A stretch of DNA of 64,000 nt from Schlesneria sp. (GTDB lineage: Bacteria; Planctomycetota; Planctomycetia; Planctomycetales; Planctomycetaceae). The notes under the pieces were generated by a model. That model was not told the DNA's origin. It did not search any database and was given only the letters and a program-made list of their open reading frames with translations. Below are positions 29,597-38,944 of this stretch, piece by piece; the stretch's first letter is position 1; each line of letters starts with the position of its first letter. Both the position numbers and the translations under genes were made by a program. The stretch covers positions 16,486 through 80,485 of the forward strand of contig JAQGHU010000093.1 of NCBI GenBank assembly GCA_028291515.1, given 5' to 3'.

Positions 29597-31051
29597 CTAC
29601 GCCACGACACCCTGAACGACGTTTCCAAACACATCGGTCAGCCGTTCGTCTCGACCTTGATGGAAGTAGCTCAGGCGTTCGTGATCGATCCCCAACAGAT
29701 GCAAAATTGTGGCGTGCAGATCGTGCAGGTGGACCTTGTCTTTGACCGCCTCAAATCCGAACTCGTCGGTTTCGCCGTAGGAAGTTCCTCCCTTCGCACC
29801 ACCACCCACCAGCCACATGCTGAAGCCATACGGATTGTGATTGCGGCCCGGTTCGCCTTTTCCTTCGCTGAATGGCATTCGGCCGAATTCGCCTCCCCAG
29901 ACAACCAGCGTTTCATCGAGCAACCCGCGACGCTCCAAGTCCGTCAACAGACCAGCAATCGGCAGATCGACCTCACCCGCATGTTGTCCATGATTCGTTT
30001 CAATGCTCTTGTGAGCATCCCAAGTCTCTTCCAGGTGTCCGCCGCCCGAATAAAGCTGCACAAACCGGACGCCCCGTTCGACCAGTCGCCGCGCGACCAG
30101 ACAATTGCGGCCAAACTCATCGGTCGGCTGCTTGCCAATCCCATACATGTCCTGAGTCGCTTTCGACTCCTTCGACAGATCGACTGCCTCGGGCGCTTCG
30201 GCCTGCATGCGAAACGCGAGTTCATACGAGTTGATGCGCGATGCCAGATCGCTTCCCCCCGGCCGAGCAGCCATGTGGGCATCGTTGAGTCTCGCCAGCA
30301 AATCAAGTTGCGAGCGTTGGGCGGCGCGATCGAGAAAGTCGGGGCCACGCAGATCAAGAATCGGATCGCCAACAGGTCGGAACAGCGTTCCCTGGTAGGT
30401 GGATGGCATGAAGCCGCTGGACCAGTTGGGCTGGCCGCTGATCGGCCCGCCGCGCTTGTCGAGAATCACAACATAACCGGGCAGACTTTCGTTTTCCGTC
30501 CCCAATCCATAAACCGCCCAACTCCCCAGTGACGGCCGACCGATAAAAGTCTTGCCCGTATTCATCGCCACCAGCGCGGACCCGTGAGCGTGGCTGTCCG
30601 TATGACAGGATTTGATCACCGCCAGTTTGTCGGCATGTTGCCGCACGTTTTCAAAGAAATCGGAAATCATCAGCCCTGATTGCCCGCCCGGTCGGAAGGG
30701 GCGAAATGACGGCGTTAGAAACCCAACCTTTCGGCCACCCGAGTTCGTAAACTTCTTGCCCTCCGGCAACGGTTGACCAGCCAGCTTTTCCAACAGCGGT
30801 TTGTGATCGAACGTGTCCACCTGACTCGGCGCACCATTCATCATCAGGAAAATGACGCTCTTCGCGCGACCAAACGTCGGCGACGGCTTCGCCATCAGCG
30901 GATTGACTGCCGCCTGCTCGCTTCCATAACCAACGCGTTCGAAGAATCCGTCTCGAGAAAGCAACCCCGTGAGTGCCAGCCCAGTAAAACCGGCTCCCAT
31001 GTCCCACACGAATTCGCGGCGAGTTTGACGGCAGGGAAATTGGGATGTCAT
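29597..31051 (-). CDS. DUF1501 domain protein (Tat-type leader)
   Basis: TRREF leader; AKSVIFLMMNGAPSQVDTFD, ARRLVERGVRFVQL, GEFGRMP, DLHATILHLLG. Confidence 0.92.
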   Translation of the reverse strand: MTSQFPCRQTRREFVWDMGAGFTGLALTGLLSRDGFFERVGYGSEQAAVNPLMAKPSPTFGRAKSVIFLMMNGAPSQVDTFDHKPLLEKLAGQPLPEGKKFTNSGGRKVGFLTPSFRPFRPGGQSGLMISDFFENVRQHADKLAVIKSCHTDSHAHGSALVAMNTGKTFIGRPSLGSWAVYGLGTENESLPGYVVILDKRGGPISGQPNWSSGFMPSTYQGTLFRPVGDPILDLRGPDFLDRAAQRSQLDLLARLNDAHMAARPGGSDLASRINSYELAFRMQAEAPEAVDLSKESKATQDMYGIGKQPTDEFGRNCLVARRLVERGVRFVQLYSGGGHLEETWDAHKSIETNHGQHAGEVDLPIAGLLTDLERRGLLDETLVVWGGEFGRMPFSEGKGEPGRNHNPYGFSMWLVGGGAKGGTSYGETDEFGFEAVKDKVHLHDLHATILHLLGIDHERLSYFHQGRDERLTDVFGNVVQGVVA

Positions 31052-31098
31052 GACTTAGTCCTTGTTCGATGCAATTCGCTGAATAGTTTCGGCATTTT

Positions 31099-32055
31099 TC
31101 AGTTCCCGTCGCTTTGCCCCCAGCGATATCCCAGCCCGGTGATCTTGTTGATCACACTGCTCACCGACGAATCATCTCGCAAAAGTTGGTTGAGGCGAGT
31201 CCGACCTTCATCGAAAGCAGGTTGTTCGCCAATGCTGCCGAGATGAAAGACAAGTTGGTCGACTTGCGCCAACTGAGCTGCCAGCAACTGCAGAAGCACC
31301 ATCAATGGCCGATTCCCGCCAAAAGCGCCACAACCCCAGAAGCCGGTATGGATCTCGACGGCAGACGTGGGTGACGACAAGACCGCTGCGCGGAATCCAC
31401 AGTAGGCTGCCTGCATGATTGATGTGACCTGAGCCAGCGTGTATCGCCCCTGGCCCACCGGAGCAGCGATAGCAATCAGATTCGTCAATGCTGGCGCAGG
31501 AAGGATTCGCAGCGCTTCGCGAATGGCTTCCGGCGATGCACTCTGGAAGCGGTTGCCGTAAAGTCCACGCGGTGCCGAATCGCTTGGAGCAGTGTCGATG
31601 AAGCAAACACGCTCCGCATTCTGTATCAAGACTGGCGTCGCTCCATCGCCATCGACAGTCATCGGATCGCGACCAGCGGCCGCCAGCGCTTCTCGTAAGC
31701 AGCTTAGAATTGGATGTTCCAAGACCTGCATTTCATCTTGTGCAAACAGACCGGAGCCATACGCAAAAAAGAGGCGCGGATCGGCAAAATTCAAATGCCA
31801 GGCCGAGTTCGTAGAAGGTGCGTAGTCAAAATAGCCCTGCTGAACGATGACTTCGCTGGCTCGAGATGGAATCGATTCCGGCAAGCCGCGCGGCTTCCAT
31901 TGTGAGTACTTCAAATGCCCGTGCGCTCGATAGCCTGCGGCCAGACACAAATCATAAACCAAGCGTTTGTGAGGATGCCGCAACACAGGTGGATACTGCT
32001 GCTGCTGCATCGCACTGTCGTAGTCTCGTGATTCCAGACAAATCGGATCGAACAT
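31099..32055 (-). CDS. PARG-like (poly-ADP-ribose glycohydrolase) macrodomain protein
   Basis: LNFAD...AQDEMQ resembles VDFAN...VQEE; IHTGFWGCGAFGGN resembles TGNWGCGAFGG. Confidence 0.7.
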   Translation of the reverse strand: MFDPICLESRDYDSAMQQQQYPPVLRHPHKRLVYDLCLAAGYRAHGHLKYSQWKPRGLPESIPSRASEVIVQQGYFDYAPSTNSAWHLNFADPRLFFAYGSGLFAQDEMQVLEHPILSCLREALAAAGRDPMTVDGDGATPVLIQNAERVCFIDTAPSDSAPRGLYGNRFQSASPEAIREALRILPAPALTNLIAIAAPVGQGRYTLAQVTSIMQAAYCGFRAAVLSSPTSAVEIHTGFWGCGAFGGNRPLMVLLQLLAAQLAQVDQLVFHLGSIGEQPAFDEGRTRLNQLLRDDSSVSSVINKITGLGYRWGQSDGN

Positions 32056-32057
32056 CT

Positions 32058-35000
32058 TCAGTCCACGTAGATGAATTCGTTGGTGTTCAACAGCACGTGA
32101 CACAACGAAGCCAGCGCCAGGAAGCGCGGGTCGCGCAACTGCTCGATCGATGATTGCAGACCGTAACGTTTCATCAGGTAACGATTGACGGCATCGCGTT
32201 CGTCGGTTTTCAGTTCCCGGTCATAGACAATCAACTCGGTAATGTCACCATGCCAGTACTCCCCATCAATATTTCCCTGCTGTCCGATAACATAAGGCCC
32301 CTTCAAATTGCGAGTACTCAACGGCGAACTGCGCGAGGCGAGATCGGTGCCGTTCTGTTGCACCACGGTCCCCGTTGCACCGCTTAGACCGGACAACAAG
32401 AACAGTTCCGAACGATGAGAGATCTGACCGACTCCGGAGAAGTCGTCGCTCAATCTCGCACCTTTCGTCCCGGTCATGCCAAAGAACAGACTGCTCCCCA
32501 CATTTCCAACTTCATTCCAGTTCGAAAAGATTTCGCGGTGCGCGATCGTTTCCGACTGATCACTCACGACGGCAAAGATCGCGAAAGCTTGCGATGTGAT
32601 TACTTGACCGGCCAGATGCAGAAACCTCTTCTGGCCGTCAAACTGCACTGACCAGCGTAGGGGCGGCCCATTTCTCACGTGCCGCGGTCGTTGCGATGCA
32701 ACTGGCTGACTCGCATGGTGATTCCGCCCCGACTGGTCTTTCCAACTGACAACGAGATCATCCTCATCACGAGTCACGCCCTTATCTGCTGAAAGGTGCA
32801 GTGCCATCCCTGCACGAGGCAATATGGAGTCTTGGGTGGATAATTGGGTTCGGCCGAAATGCGCCACCTGCCATTCGAAGTGCTGCCTGGCGTCGGCCAT
32901 CTCCTGATTCGACGGATCGCGGCCCAGAGCATACTGCCATGCCAGTCGGATCCGGCGATCGTCTTCGATGTCCGCACGTCCCTTTACCGAATAACCCTTG
33001 TTCATGATGGCTCCTGCAAGCAGCCCCACCTCTGGTTCCATGGCGCGTCGCGCCAAAGCCTGGCTTCGTTCGTGCGCGAACGCGTTATTCAGTAATGCCA
33101 AAGCTTGAGGTGCCACGGTCGATACCGGCCGCTGCACACAGGGCAGGGTGGTATCAGAGGAATCGAATGTTGTCATCAGCGGCGGCAACAGACTTCGCTG
33201 GGAAAACATATAGATCGCTCGCCGGCGCTGTTCCTCGGTGGGCGATGGCTTCCAAGCTCCCTCTTTTCGCGACAACCCCTCTAGTGCTTCGGCCTGGATC
33301 GTTGGCTTAAACCCCGGACCTGTCATTCGCGTATCCAAATCATCGCCCACAAACAGCAGCCGATCGCGCAGCGGTTCCGCTTCCAGCCGTCGCCGTTCGG
33401 CGCGCCACCACAACTGATTGCCGGAATCGCGTTGCGCGTACTCGTCCTGTTTCGGATGCAGCGACGATTGTCGGTACGTGGCACTCGTCACCAGCATTCG
33501 ATGCAGCCTCTTCAACGATGAGTAATGACTTGATGCAGCCGAAGCACCCGCTGTCGCTTCAGAAGCGAGCCAGTCCAGCAGTTCGGGATGAGTCGGCTTG
33601 TCGCCCGTAAACCCAAGGTTGTCCGCCGACCGGACCAACCCCATCCCGAAGTGATTCATCCACAGCCGATTAACCAGCACTCGCGGCGTTAACGGGTTCT
33701 TGCTGGCGGCAATCCATTCGGCCAGTTGTCGGCGGCGATGAGTCGTGCTGGCCCCCAATGGAGCTGGCTCTAACGGCTGGTTTAGAGTCGGAACGATCGA
33801 TAAGTGCGCCGGCTCGACCACTTCCTGTGGTTGCTTCGGCTCACCCTTGCGAAGCAATCGCAGAGGAGGGAGCTGTCGAATGTCTGTCCAACCCATCACA
33901 TCGAAACCCAGTTCATCCTTCGTGGGTCCACCGAGTAACTCGCGGCCACGGGGTTCGATGGCACCCGGCCAGAATGCGGCCGCCATCCGGTAGTAATCGG
34001 TTTGGGGAATCGGATCGAACTTGTGATCGTGACACCGCGCACACTTCACTGTCAGACTGAGGAACGCCGTCGATGTCACGTGAACCATGTCTTCCAGACG
34101 TTCGTGCTTGTACTCATCAGCATCGTTAGGTTCATCGTTCCAGGTTCCCAATCGAAGGAAGCCTGTCGCGATCACAGATGCTTCACTACGATCCGAGACC
34201 TCATCGCCTGCCAGTTGTTGCTCGATAAATCGATCGTAAGGCAAATCCTCATTGATCGCCTGCACAACCCAATCGCGATACTTCCACGCGAACGGCTTCT
34301 CCTGATCGCGTTCATAGCCACACGTGTCGGCATACCGGACAACATCCAGCCAATAGCGTCCCCAGCGTTCCCCGAAATGCGGCGACGCGAGCAGGCGATC
34401 GACGAGTCGTTCATAAGCGTCTGGACTCGAGTCACGTTCGAATTCTTGGATCTCTTCGTAGGTCGGGGGCAGTCCCAACAAATCGAACGCGATCCGTTTG
34501 ATCAGCGTCGCACGGCTAGCTGCGGGTGATGGCTGCATTTGAACAGCGTCTAACTTCGCTCGGATAAAGGCATCGATCGGCGACTTCGTATCCAACATGG
34601 CATTCGCCGGTATCGAAGGACGCCGCACTGGTTGTAATGACCACCAATCACGCCCGCCGCGGACTTCGGTCGTGGCTTCGTAAAGATCCAGCTTTCGCCC
34701 CTCCGGCCAGACCGCTCCCTCGGCGATCCACCCCTTCAGAGCATCGATTTCTGCGACAGTCAGCTTCTGCGACACACCTCGTTTCGGAGGGGGCATTTCC
34801 CCAGAAACGACTCGTTCCAGCAAATTACTGTGCTCGGGATCTTTCGCGATCACGGCGGGACCGCTTTCACCGCCCGCGGCGAGTGACGCTTTGTCGACAA
34901 GAACCAATTTGCCTGACGCATCTCGTTCGTTGTGACATTCCAGGCAGCGTTTGACGAAGATCATCGCCACGTCACGCGAGAACCGATCACCTGCACCAGC

Positions 35001-35072
35001 GTCGGCAAAGGCGCTGCCAGCCACGAGTTCGATCGCGATCAGTGACGCGAGAAAATGGAATCGCCCCAGCAT
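32058..35072 (-). CDS. Planctomycete cytochrome c / DUF1549 / DUF1553 protein with LamG-like insert
   Basis: CLECH and CARCHDHKFDPI; ERWGRYWLD; HPELLDWLA; PQALALLN; WKDQSGRNHH..GDITELIVYDREL insert. Confidence 0.92.
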   Translation of the reverse strand: MLGRFHFLASLIAIELVAGSAFADAGAGDRFSRDVAMIFVKRCLECHNERDASGKLVLVDKASLAAGGESGPAVIAKDPEHSNLLERVVSGEMPPPKRGVSQKLTVAEIDALKGWIAEGAVWPEGRKLDLYEATTEVRGGRDWWSLQPVRRPSIPANAMLDTKSPIDAFIRAKLDAVQMQPSPAASRATLIKRIAFDLLGLPPTYEEIQEFERDSSPDAYERLVDRLLASPHFGERWGRYWLDVVRYADTCGYERDQEKPFAWKYRDWVVQAINEDLPYDRFIEQQLAGDEVSDRSEASVIATGFLRLGTWNDEPNDADEYKHERLEDMVHVTSTAFLSLTVKCARCHDHKFDPIPQTDYYRMAAAFWPGAIEPRGRELLGGPTKDELGFDVMGWTDIRQLPPLRLLRKGEPKQPQEVVEPAHLSIVPTLNQPLEPAPLGASTTHRRRQLAEWIAASKNPLTPRVLVNRLWMNHFGMGLVRSADNLGFTGDKPTHPELLDWLASEATAGASAASSHYSSLKRLHRMLVTSATYRQSSLHPKQDEYAQRDSGNQLWWRAERRRLEAEPLRDRLLFVGDDLDTRMTGPGFKPTIQAEALEGLSRKEGAWKPSPTEEQRRRAIYMFSQRSLLPPLMTTFDSSDTTLPCVQRPVSTVAPQALALLNNAFAHERSQALARRAMEPEVGLLAGAIMNKGYSVKGRADIEDDRRIRLAWQYALGRDPSNQEMADARQHFEWQVAHFGRTQLSTQDSILPRAGMALHLSADKGVTRDEDDLVVSWKDQSGRNHHASQPVASQRPRHVRNGPPLRWSVQFDGQKRFLHLAGQVITSQAFAIFAVVSDQSETIAHREIFSNWNEVGNVGSSLFFGMTGTKGARLSDDFSGVGQISHRSELFLLSGLSGATGTVVQQNGTDLASRSSPLSTRNLKGPYVIGQQGNIDGEYWHGDITELIVYDRELKTDERDAVNRYLMKRYGLQSSIEQLRDPRFLALASLCHVLLNTNEFIYVD

Positions 35073-35378
35073 CGTGGCTCCAGTTGATTTAGCGCGTTGC
35101 GGATCCAGTTGCAGTTCTCAATATGATAGCGAAGCACGATTGCAGACCACCATCGACAATGGTCACAAGGATTCTATTGAGTGCAGCCGTTTGGTGGTCG
35201 TCAATTGAGGCCAGAAGCGGAGGTGTGCAGGCATCATCGGATTCAGTTTCCTTACGATTTGGCAGAATTTGTCAGTCCATGGCAGGGTTTTGGGGGTATT
35301 GGAAGATTTGCCCCTTGAATACAAGGGAAATCGCGAAAGGTACTGACAAATGCGAGCCTTCCTGACGTCGGACTCCCA

Positions 35379-35519
35379 GTTCGGCGCGGGTCTCTGACCC
35401 CGCCGAAACGTGTGACCGGAGGTCTCCTTTTCCCTGGCGCAGAAACAGCGCCTGAAAGTGCCCGGGACTGGAGACCTTCGGTCGGCGGTTTCGGCGGGGT
35501 CGGGAGACCCGCGCCGAAC
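35379..35519. repeat. REP/MITE-like long palindrome
   Basis: Arms GTTCGGCGCGGGTCTC..GACCCCGCCGAAAC..GACCGGAGGTCTCC and their near-perfect complement. Confidence 0.85.
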
Positions 35520-35820
35520 AAGAAGGGGCGCCGAACGAGGGCGATTGAGTTGTCATGCGAACCCATATGATAAGTGGGGTTGTGTGTTGTTGGGCCAAGG
35601 GGTTAGGCCGCCCCGCTCAGGTAGGAGGTGGGTGGCGTGAAATTTCTTCGTTGTCAACTGCGGAACAGGGACCTCTGATCTTCCGCTAAGAGAGCGGCCC
35701 AGAGGCGTGCCCGTTGGCTACGGTGCACCTGCGACTATCGTCGTGACCCTGATTGTCCGTTTTGTGGTGACCTGATCAAGACGATGTTTGGCAAACTTGG
35801 GAACTATCTTTGAAATTGTC

Positions 35821-35870
35821 ACTGACAAATTTTGACACCCCAGGACAGATTTGGACAATGGGGGACAAAA
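35821..35870 (+). promoter_or_regulatory. Five GACA boxes at exact 10-bp spacing
   Basis: GACA at 35824, 35834, 35844, 35854, 35864; function is inferred. Confidence 0.6.
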
Positions 35871-36066
35871 CAGCCCTGTTTTCGGCAGTTTTCCTCAAAA
35901 AAGTGCGTGTCTACTGACAGTTGATTTAGCGACTGCAAAGGTAGGCCTGAAAAGTGCAGGTAGGAGGTGCTGGCTCAGTGCGAAAGCACGGATGCACTTC
36001 CGACGTTGCTCGCTTACTGATAAAACACACAGTCAGTAACCACGGTGATTTGGGGGGAGGGCAGGG

Positions 36067-36840
36067 ATGCCGGATTCACAGAAATCTCGACGATTGGCAG
36101 TATCGCGCAGTCGGCGACTGACGATCGACGTCCTGCATTACAACCGCCGTGTCCCGACTTGTGCCCATGATCGGCGTTCTGACCTGAGCCGACTCGCAGA
36201 ATTTCGCACTCGATTACCCCGGCGTATTTCGTGGTCGTTACTCTTCATCAAAGCATTCGCACTGGTCGCACAGAAGTATCCGGTCCTCAGGCAGTCCTAC
36301 ATTAACTGGCTGTGGCCGCACGTGCTGGAACATCCCTACAGCGTCGCAATGCTCGCCACGCAGCGAGACCATCGTGGCGAACCGTGGCTATTCTGGTCGC
36401 GGTTTGTTCAGCCCGAGCAGCGATCGTTGGAGGAAATGCAGCACGCGCTGAATCAGTATCAGTCCGAGCCTGTCGAGAAGATCTTCCTGCAGCAGTGGCG
36501 GCTGAGCGGTCTGCCGACATTGCTTCGTCGCTGCTTCTGGGGCTGGACCCTGAATTTTGCTGGCTCGAAACGTGCCAAACGAGTCGGAACATTCTTTCTG
36601 TCGACGTTGGCGAGCAAGGGGGTCGAAATCCAAGATCCTCCCGCGTTTCTGACCAGCAATCTGACTTATGGTCCATTGGACGCCAATGGCTGCTGTCGTG
36701 TCACGCTCTCCTACGATCACCGCCTGATGGACGGTTCCACCGTTGCGGATTGCCTGATCGAACTGGAAGCGACCTTGAATGGTGCCATCGCCGACGAATT
36801 GGCAGAGATCATCGCAAAATCAGAACGAGCCGCGGCTTGA
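36067..36840 (+). CDS. Stand-alone 2-oxoacid dehydrogenase E2 / CAT-like acyltransferase catalytic domain
   Basis: GTFFLSTL, LTYGPL, VTLSYDHRLMDG (HxxxDG); no lipoyl domain. Confidence 0.75.
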   Translation: MPDSQKSRRLAVSRSRRLTIDVLHYNRRVPTCAHDRRSDLSRLAEFRTRLPRRISWSLLFIKAFALVAQKYPVLRQSYINWLWPHVLEHPYSVAMLATQRDHRGEPWLFWSRFVQPEQRSLEEMQHALNQYQSEPVEKIFLQQWRLSGLPTLLRRCFWGWTLNFAGSKRAKRVGTFFLSTLASKGVEIQDPPAFLTSNLTYGPLDANGCCRVTLSYDHRLMDGSTVADCLIELEATLNGAIADELAEIIAKSERAAA

Positions 36841-36891
36841 TCACATCAGGCGACTTCCGCAACCACCTCACGTTGAAGAAATGCTGACGCC

Positions 36892-37716
36892 ATGAAGGAT
36901 CTCAAGGGACGGACCGCGGTGATCACGGGTGCATCCGCGGGGTTGGGCGTGCGAGTCGCACGAGCCCTCGCGCGTGAAGGGATGAACCTCGTGCTGGCAG
37001 CTCGTTCCGCCGACGCATTAGATTCGGTCGCGACCGAGATGCGCGGGCTCGGCGTAAAAGCCCTCGTGGTCCCAACCGATGTCTCGGACGAAAGCCAATT
37101 GGTTCGATTGGTCGAGCGCACGATGACCGAGTTCGGCGCTATCGACGTGCTGGTCAACAACGCAGGGATCGAAGCATTTCGGTCGTACCACGAACTGGAC
37201 CCCAACGACATTCGCCGCACGATCGAAGTCAACCTGACCGCCACACTATTGCTGACTCGTTTCGTTCTGCCGCACATGATCCAGGCCCGGCGTGGCCACA
37301 TCGTCAACATGGCGTCGATCGCGGGCAAGCAGGGGCCAGCCTATGGAGCGGCCTACGGAGCTTCCAAGGCGGGAATGATTGCCTTCACGCAAGCACTGCG
37401 GGGCGAGTACCGCAGCAGAGGAATCAGTTCCTCGGCAATCTGCCCCGGCTTCGCCAATGATGGCGGCATTTACGAAGTGATGAAGCAACGGATCGGTCGA
37501 GGCGTCCCCTGGTACCTCGGATCCACAACGGCCGAAGCGGTCGCCCGCGCGGTCGTCAAATCGATCAAAGGGGACCGCCCCGACTTGATCGTAAACGTCC
37601 CGGCCCTGCGTCCAATCTTCACCTTCTGCCAAGCCTTCCCCAGACTCGGCGAATGGATCGTCCACAAGGTGACGCTGCGATTCCTGAAGCAAGCCGGCAC
37701 CAGCCACCGCGAATAG
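36892..37716 (+). CDS. Short-chain dehydrogenase/reductase
   Basis: TGASAGLG, VNNAG, YGASK. Confidence 0.92.
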   Translation: MKDLKGRTAVITGASAGLGVRVARALAREGMNLVLAARSADALDSVATEMRGLGVKALVVPTDVSDESQLVRLVERTMTEFGAIDVLVNNAGIEAFRSYHELDPNDIRRTIEVNLTATLLLTRFVLPHMIQARRGHIVNMASIAGKQGPAYGAAYGASKAGMIAFTQALRGEYRSRGISSSAICPGFANDGGIYEVMKQRIGRGVPWYLGSTTAEAVARAVVKSIKGDRPDLIVNVPALRPIFTFCQAFPRLGEWIVHKVTLRFLKQAGTSHRE

Positions 37717-37728
37717 CATCGCAAGAAC

Positions 37729-37820
37729 GTAGGTTATGCTTCAGCATAACTTTTCAGACTCACAGTCGACGCCATCAAATACCGCCGAAGACAAAGAAGT
37801 TATGCTGAAGCATAACCTAC
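37729..37820. repeat. GTAG-type REP doublet (REPIN-like)
   Basis: Perfect 24-bp inverted repeat GTAGGTTATGCTTCAGCATAACTT, each arm self-palindromic, between convergent genes. Confidence 0.85.
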
Positions 37821-37856
37821 ACAGAGCGGTGTCAGTCCGTGGCCAACTCTTCTTCG

Positions 37857-38696
37857 TCAAGCCGCGCGTCGTGCTTCGGCCTCACCGGCAACCGCCACCT
37901 TCTTACGTTTGCGACTGGCACGGTTGAGTAGATCCAGAACTCCCGGAGCCAGCCATTTCGACCAGGCCAGCAGATGGGCCAGTGGCCCGACAAGCTTCAT
38001 CCGCTTGTTGCGATAGATGCACCGAATCGCCGCTTTCGAAACAGCTTCGATCGAACAGCACAGCCAACGCGGCGGATGCGGCACCGACTTGTCGCTCTTC
38101 GCCGATGCACACGACTTGTAGAGGTTCGTGAGCACCGGCCCAGGACAGAGAGCACTCACACCTAATCCACGGCGGCCGTATTCAGCTCGAATCGCTTCTG
38201 TGAAACCAATCAAGCCAAACTTGCTCGTGTGATAGGCTGCAAAGCGGCCTCCGGCCACCAGTCCGCTGATGCTGCATACATTCAAGATATGAGCGTCTGG
38301 TCGTTCGAGCAGGATCGGCAATAGCTCACGGGTGATCTGGATCGGTGCGAGCAGATTGATCTTCATCAACCAGTCCCACTGAGCCGCCGTCATCGAATGC
38401 GTCGGACCGTAGTAAGCGACGCCGGCATTGTTGACGAGGATGTCGACGTGTCCCCATTGCTGCAGCATCTGGCTCAAGACTCGACTGATCTCGGCCGGCT
38501 GACTGAGGTCGCACCGCTCGCCAATCGCGCTCACACCAATCTGTTTTGCTTCGGCGACAACGCTCGACAGCCCAGCCTCATCGATATCCAGCAGATAGAG
38601 ATCGGCTCCTTCGCGTGCGAGTGCCAGCGCAATGCTGCGGCCAATCCCAGCAGCGGCACCTGTCACCAAAGCCTGCTTGTGCCGAATCGACTTCAT
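37857..38696 (-). CDS. Short-chain dehydrogenase/reductase
   Basis: TGAAAGIG, VNNAG, YHTSK; start moved to MKSIRHK. Confidence 0.92.
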   Translation of the reverse strand: MKSIRHKQALVTGAAAGIGRSIALALAREGADLYLLDIDEAGLSSVVAEAKQIGVSAIGERCDLSQPAEISRVLSQMLQQWGHVDILVNNAGVAYYGPTHSMTAAQWDWLMKINLLAPIQITRELLPILLERPDAHILNVCSISGLVAGGRFAAYHTSKFGLIGFTEAIRAEYGRRGLGVSALCPGPVLTNLYKSCASAKSDKSVPHPPRWLCCSIEAVSKAAIRCIYRNKRMKLVGPLAHLLAWSKWLAPGVLDLLNRASRKRKKVAVAGEAEARRAA

Positions 38697-38773
38697 TGTA
38701 CGCAGAACTCTCTTTCCACCAGGCGACATGGCAGTGCACGATTCTGATCGCGAAAAAGTTGAATGCTCGTAAA

Positions 38774-38857
38774 TGGGAGGGCGAGGCTCCTGCCGAGCCG
38801 CGCGTGTTATTGTGAGACCATCGACATGCGCGGCTCGGCAGGAGCCTCGCCCTCCCA
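38774..38857. repeat. GGAG-type REP doublet
   Basis: Perfect 30-bp inverted repeat TGGGAGGGCGAGGCTCCTGCCGAGCCGCGC. Confidence 0.9.
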
Positions 38858-38944
38858 AATACAAAATCACAGCCTTGCCGCGGACATCGAGCGATTGCCA
38901 CGTATTCAGCATGCAGAATCACGCACCATCGTTTGGTGTGATGA

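Larger units (their letters stand above)
35182..35957 (+). repeat. Copy 1 of a long intergenic element (block A 35182-35309, block B 35573-35957)
   Basis: Reverse-complement match to 42353-42479 and 41785-42168, with shared runs such as TTCCGCTAAGAGAGCGGCCCAGAGGCGTGCCCGTTGG. Confidence 0.9.

Noticed and set aside
29582-30532. 316-aa plus-strand ORF
   Set aside because: Antisense shadow of the well-supported DUF1501 gene, with no motifs
35821-35870. CRISPR array (also considered for 62267-62414)
   Set aside because: Repeat units are 4-11 nt without 25-45 nt unique spacers, and no cas genes are present
38697-38912. N-terminal extension of the second SDR
   Set aside because: It is read-through across the 38774-38857 palindrome; the SDR fold starts at MKSIRHK
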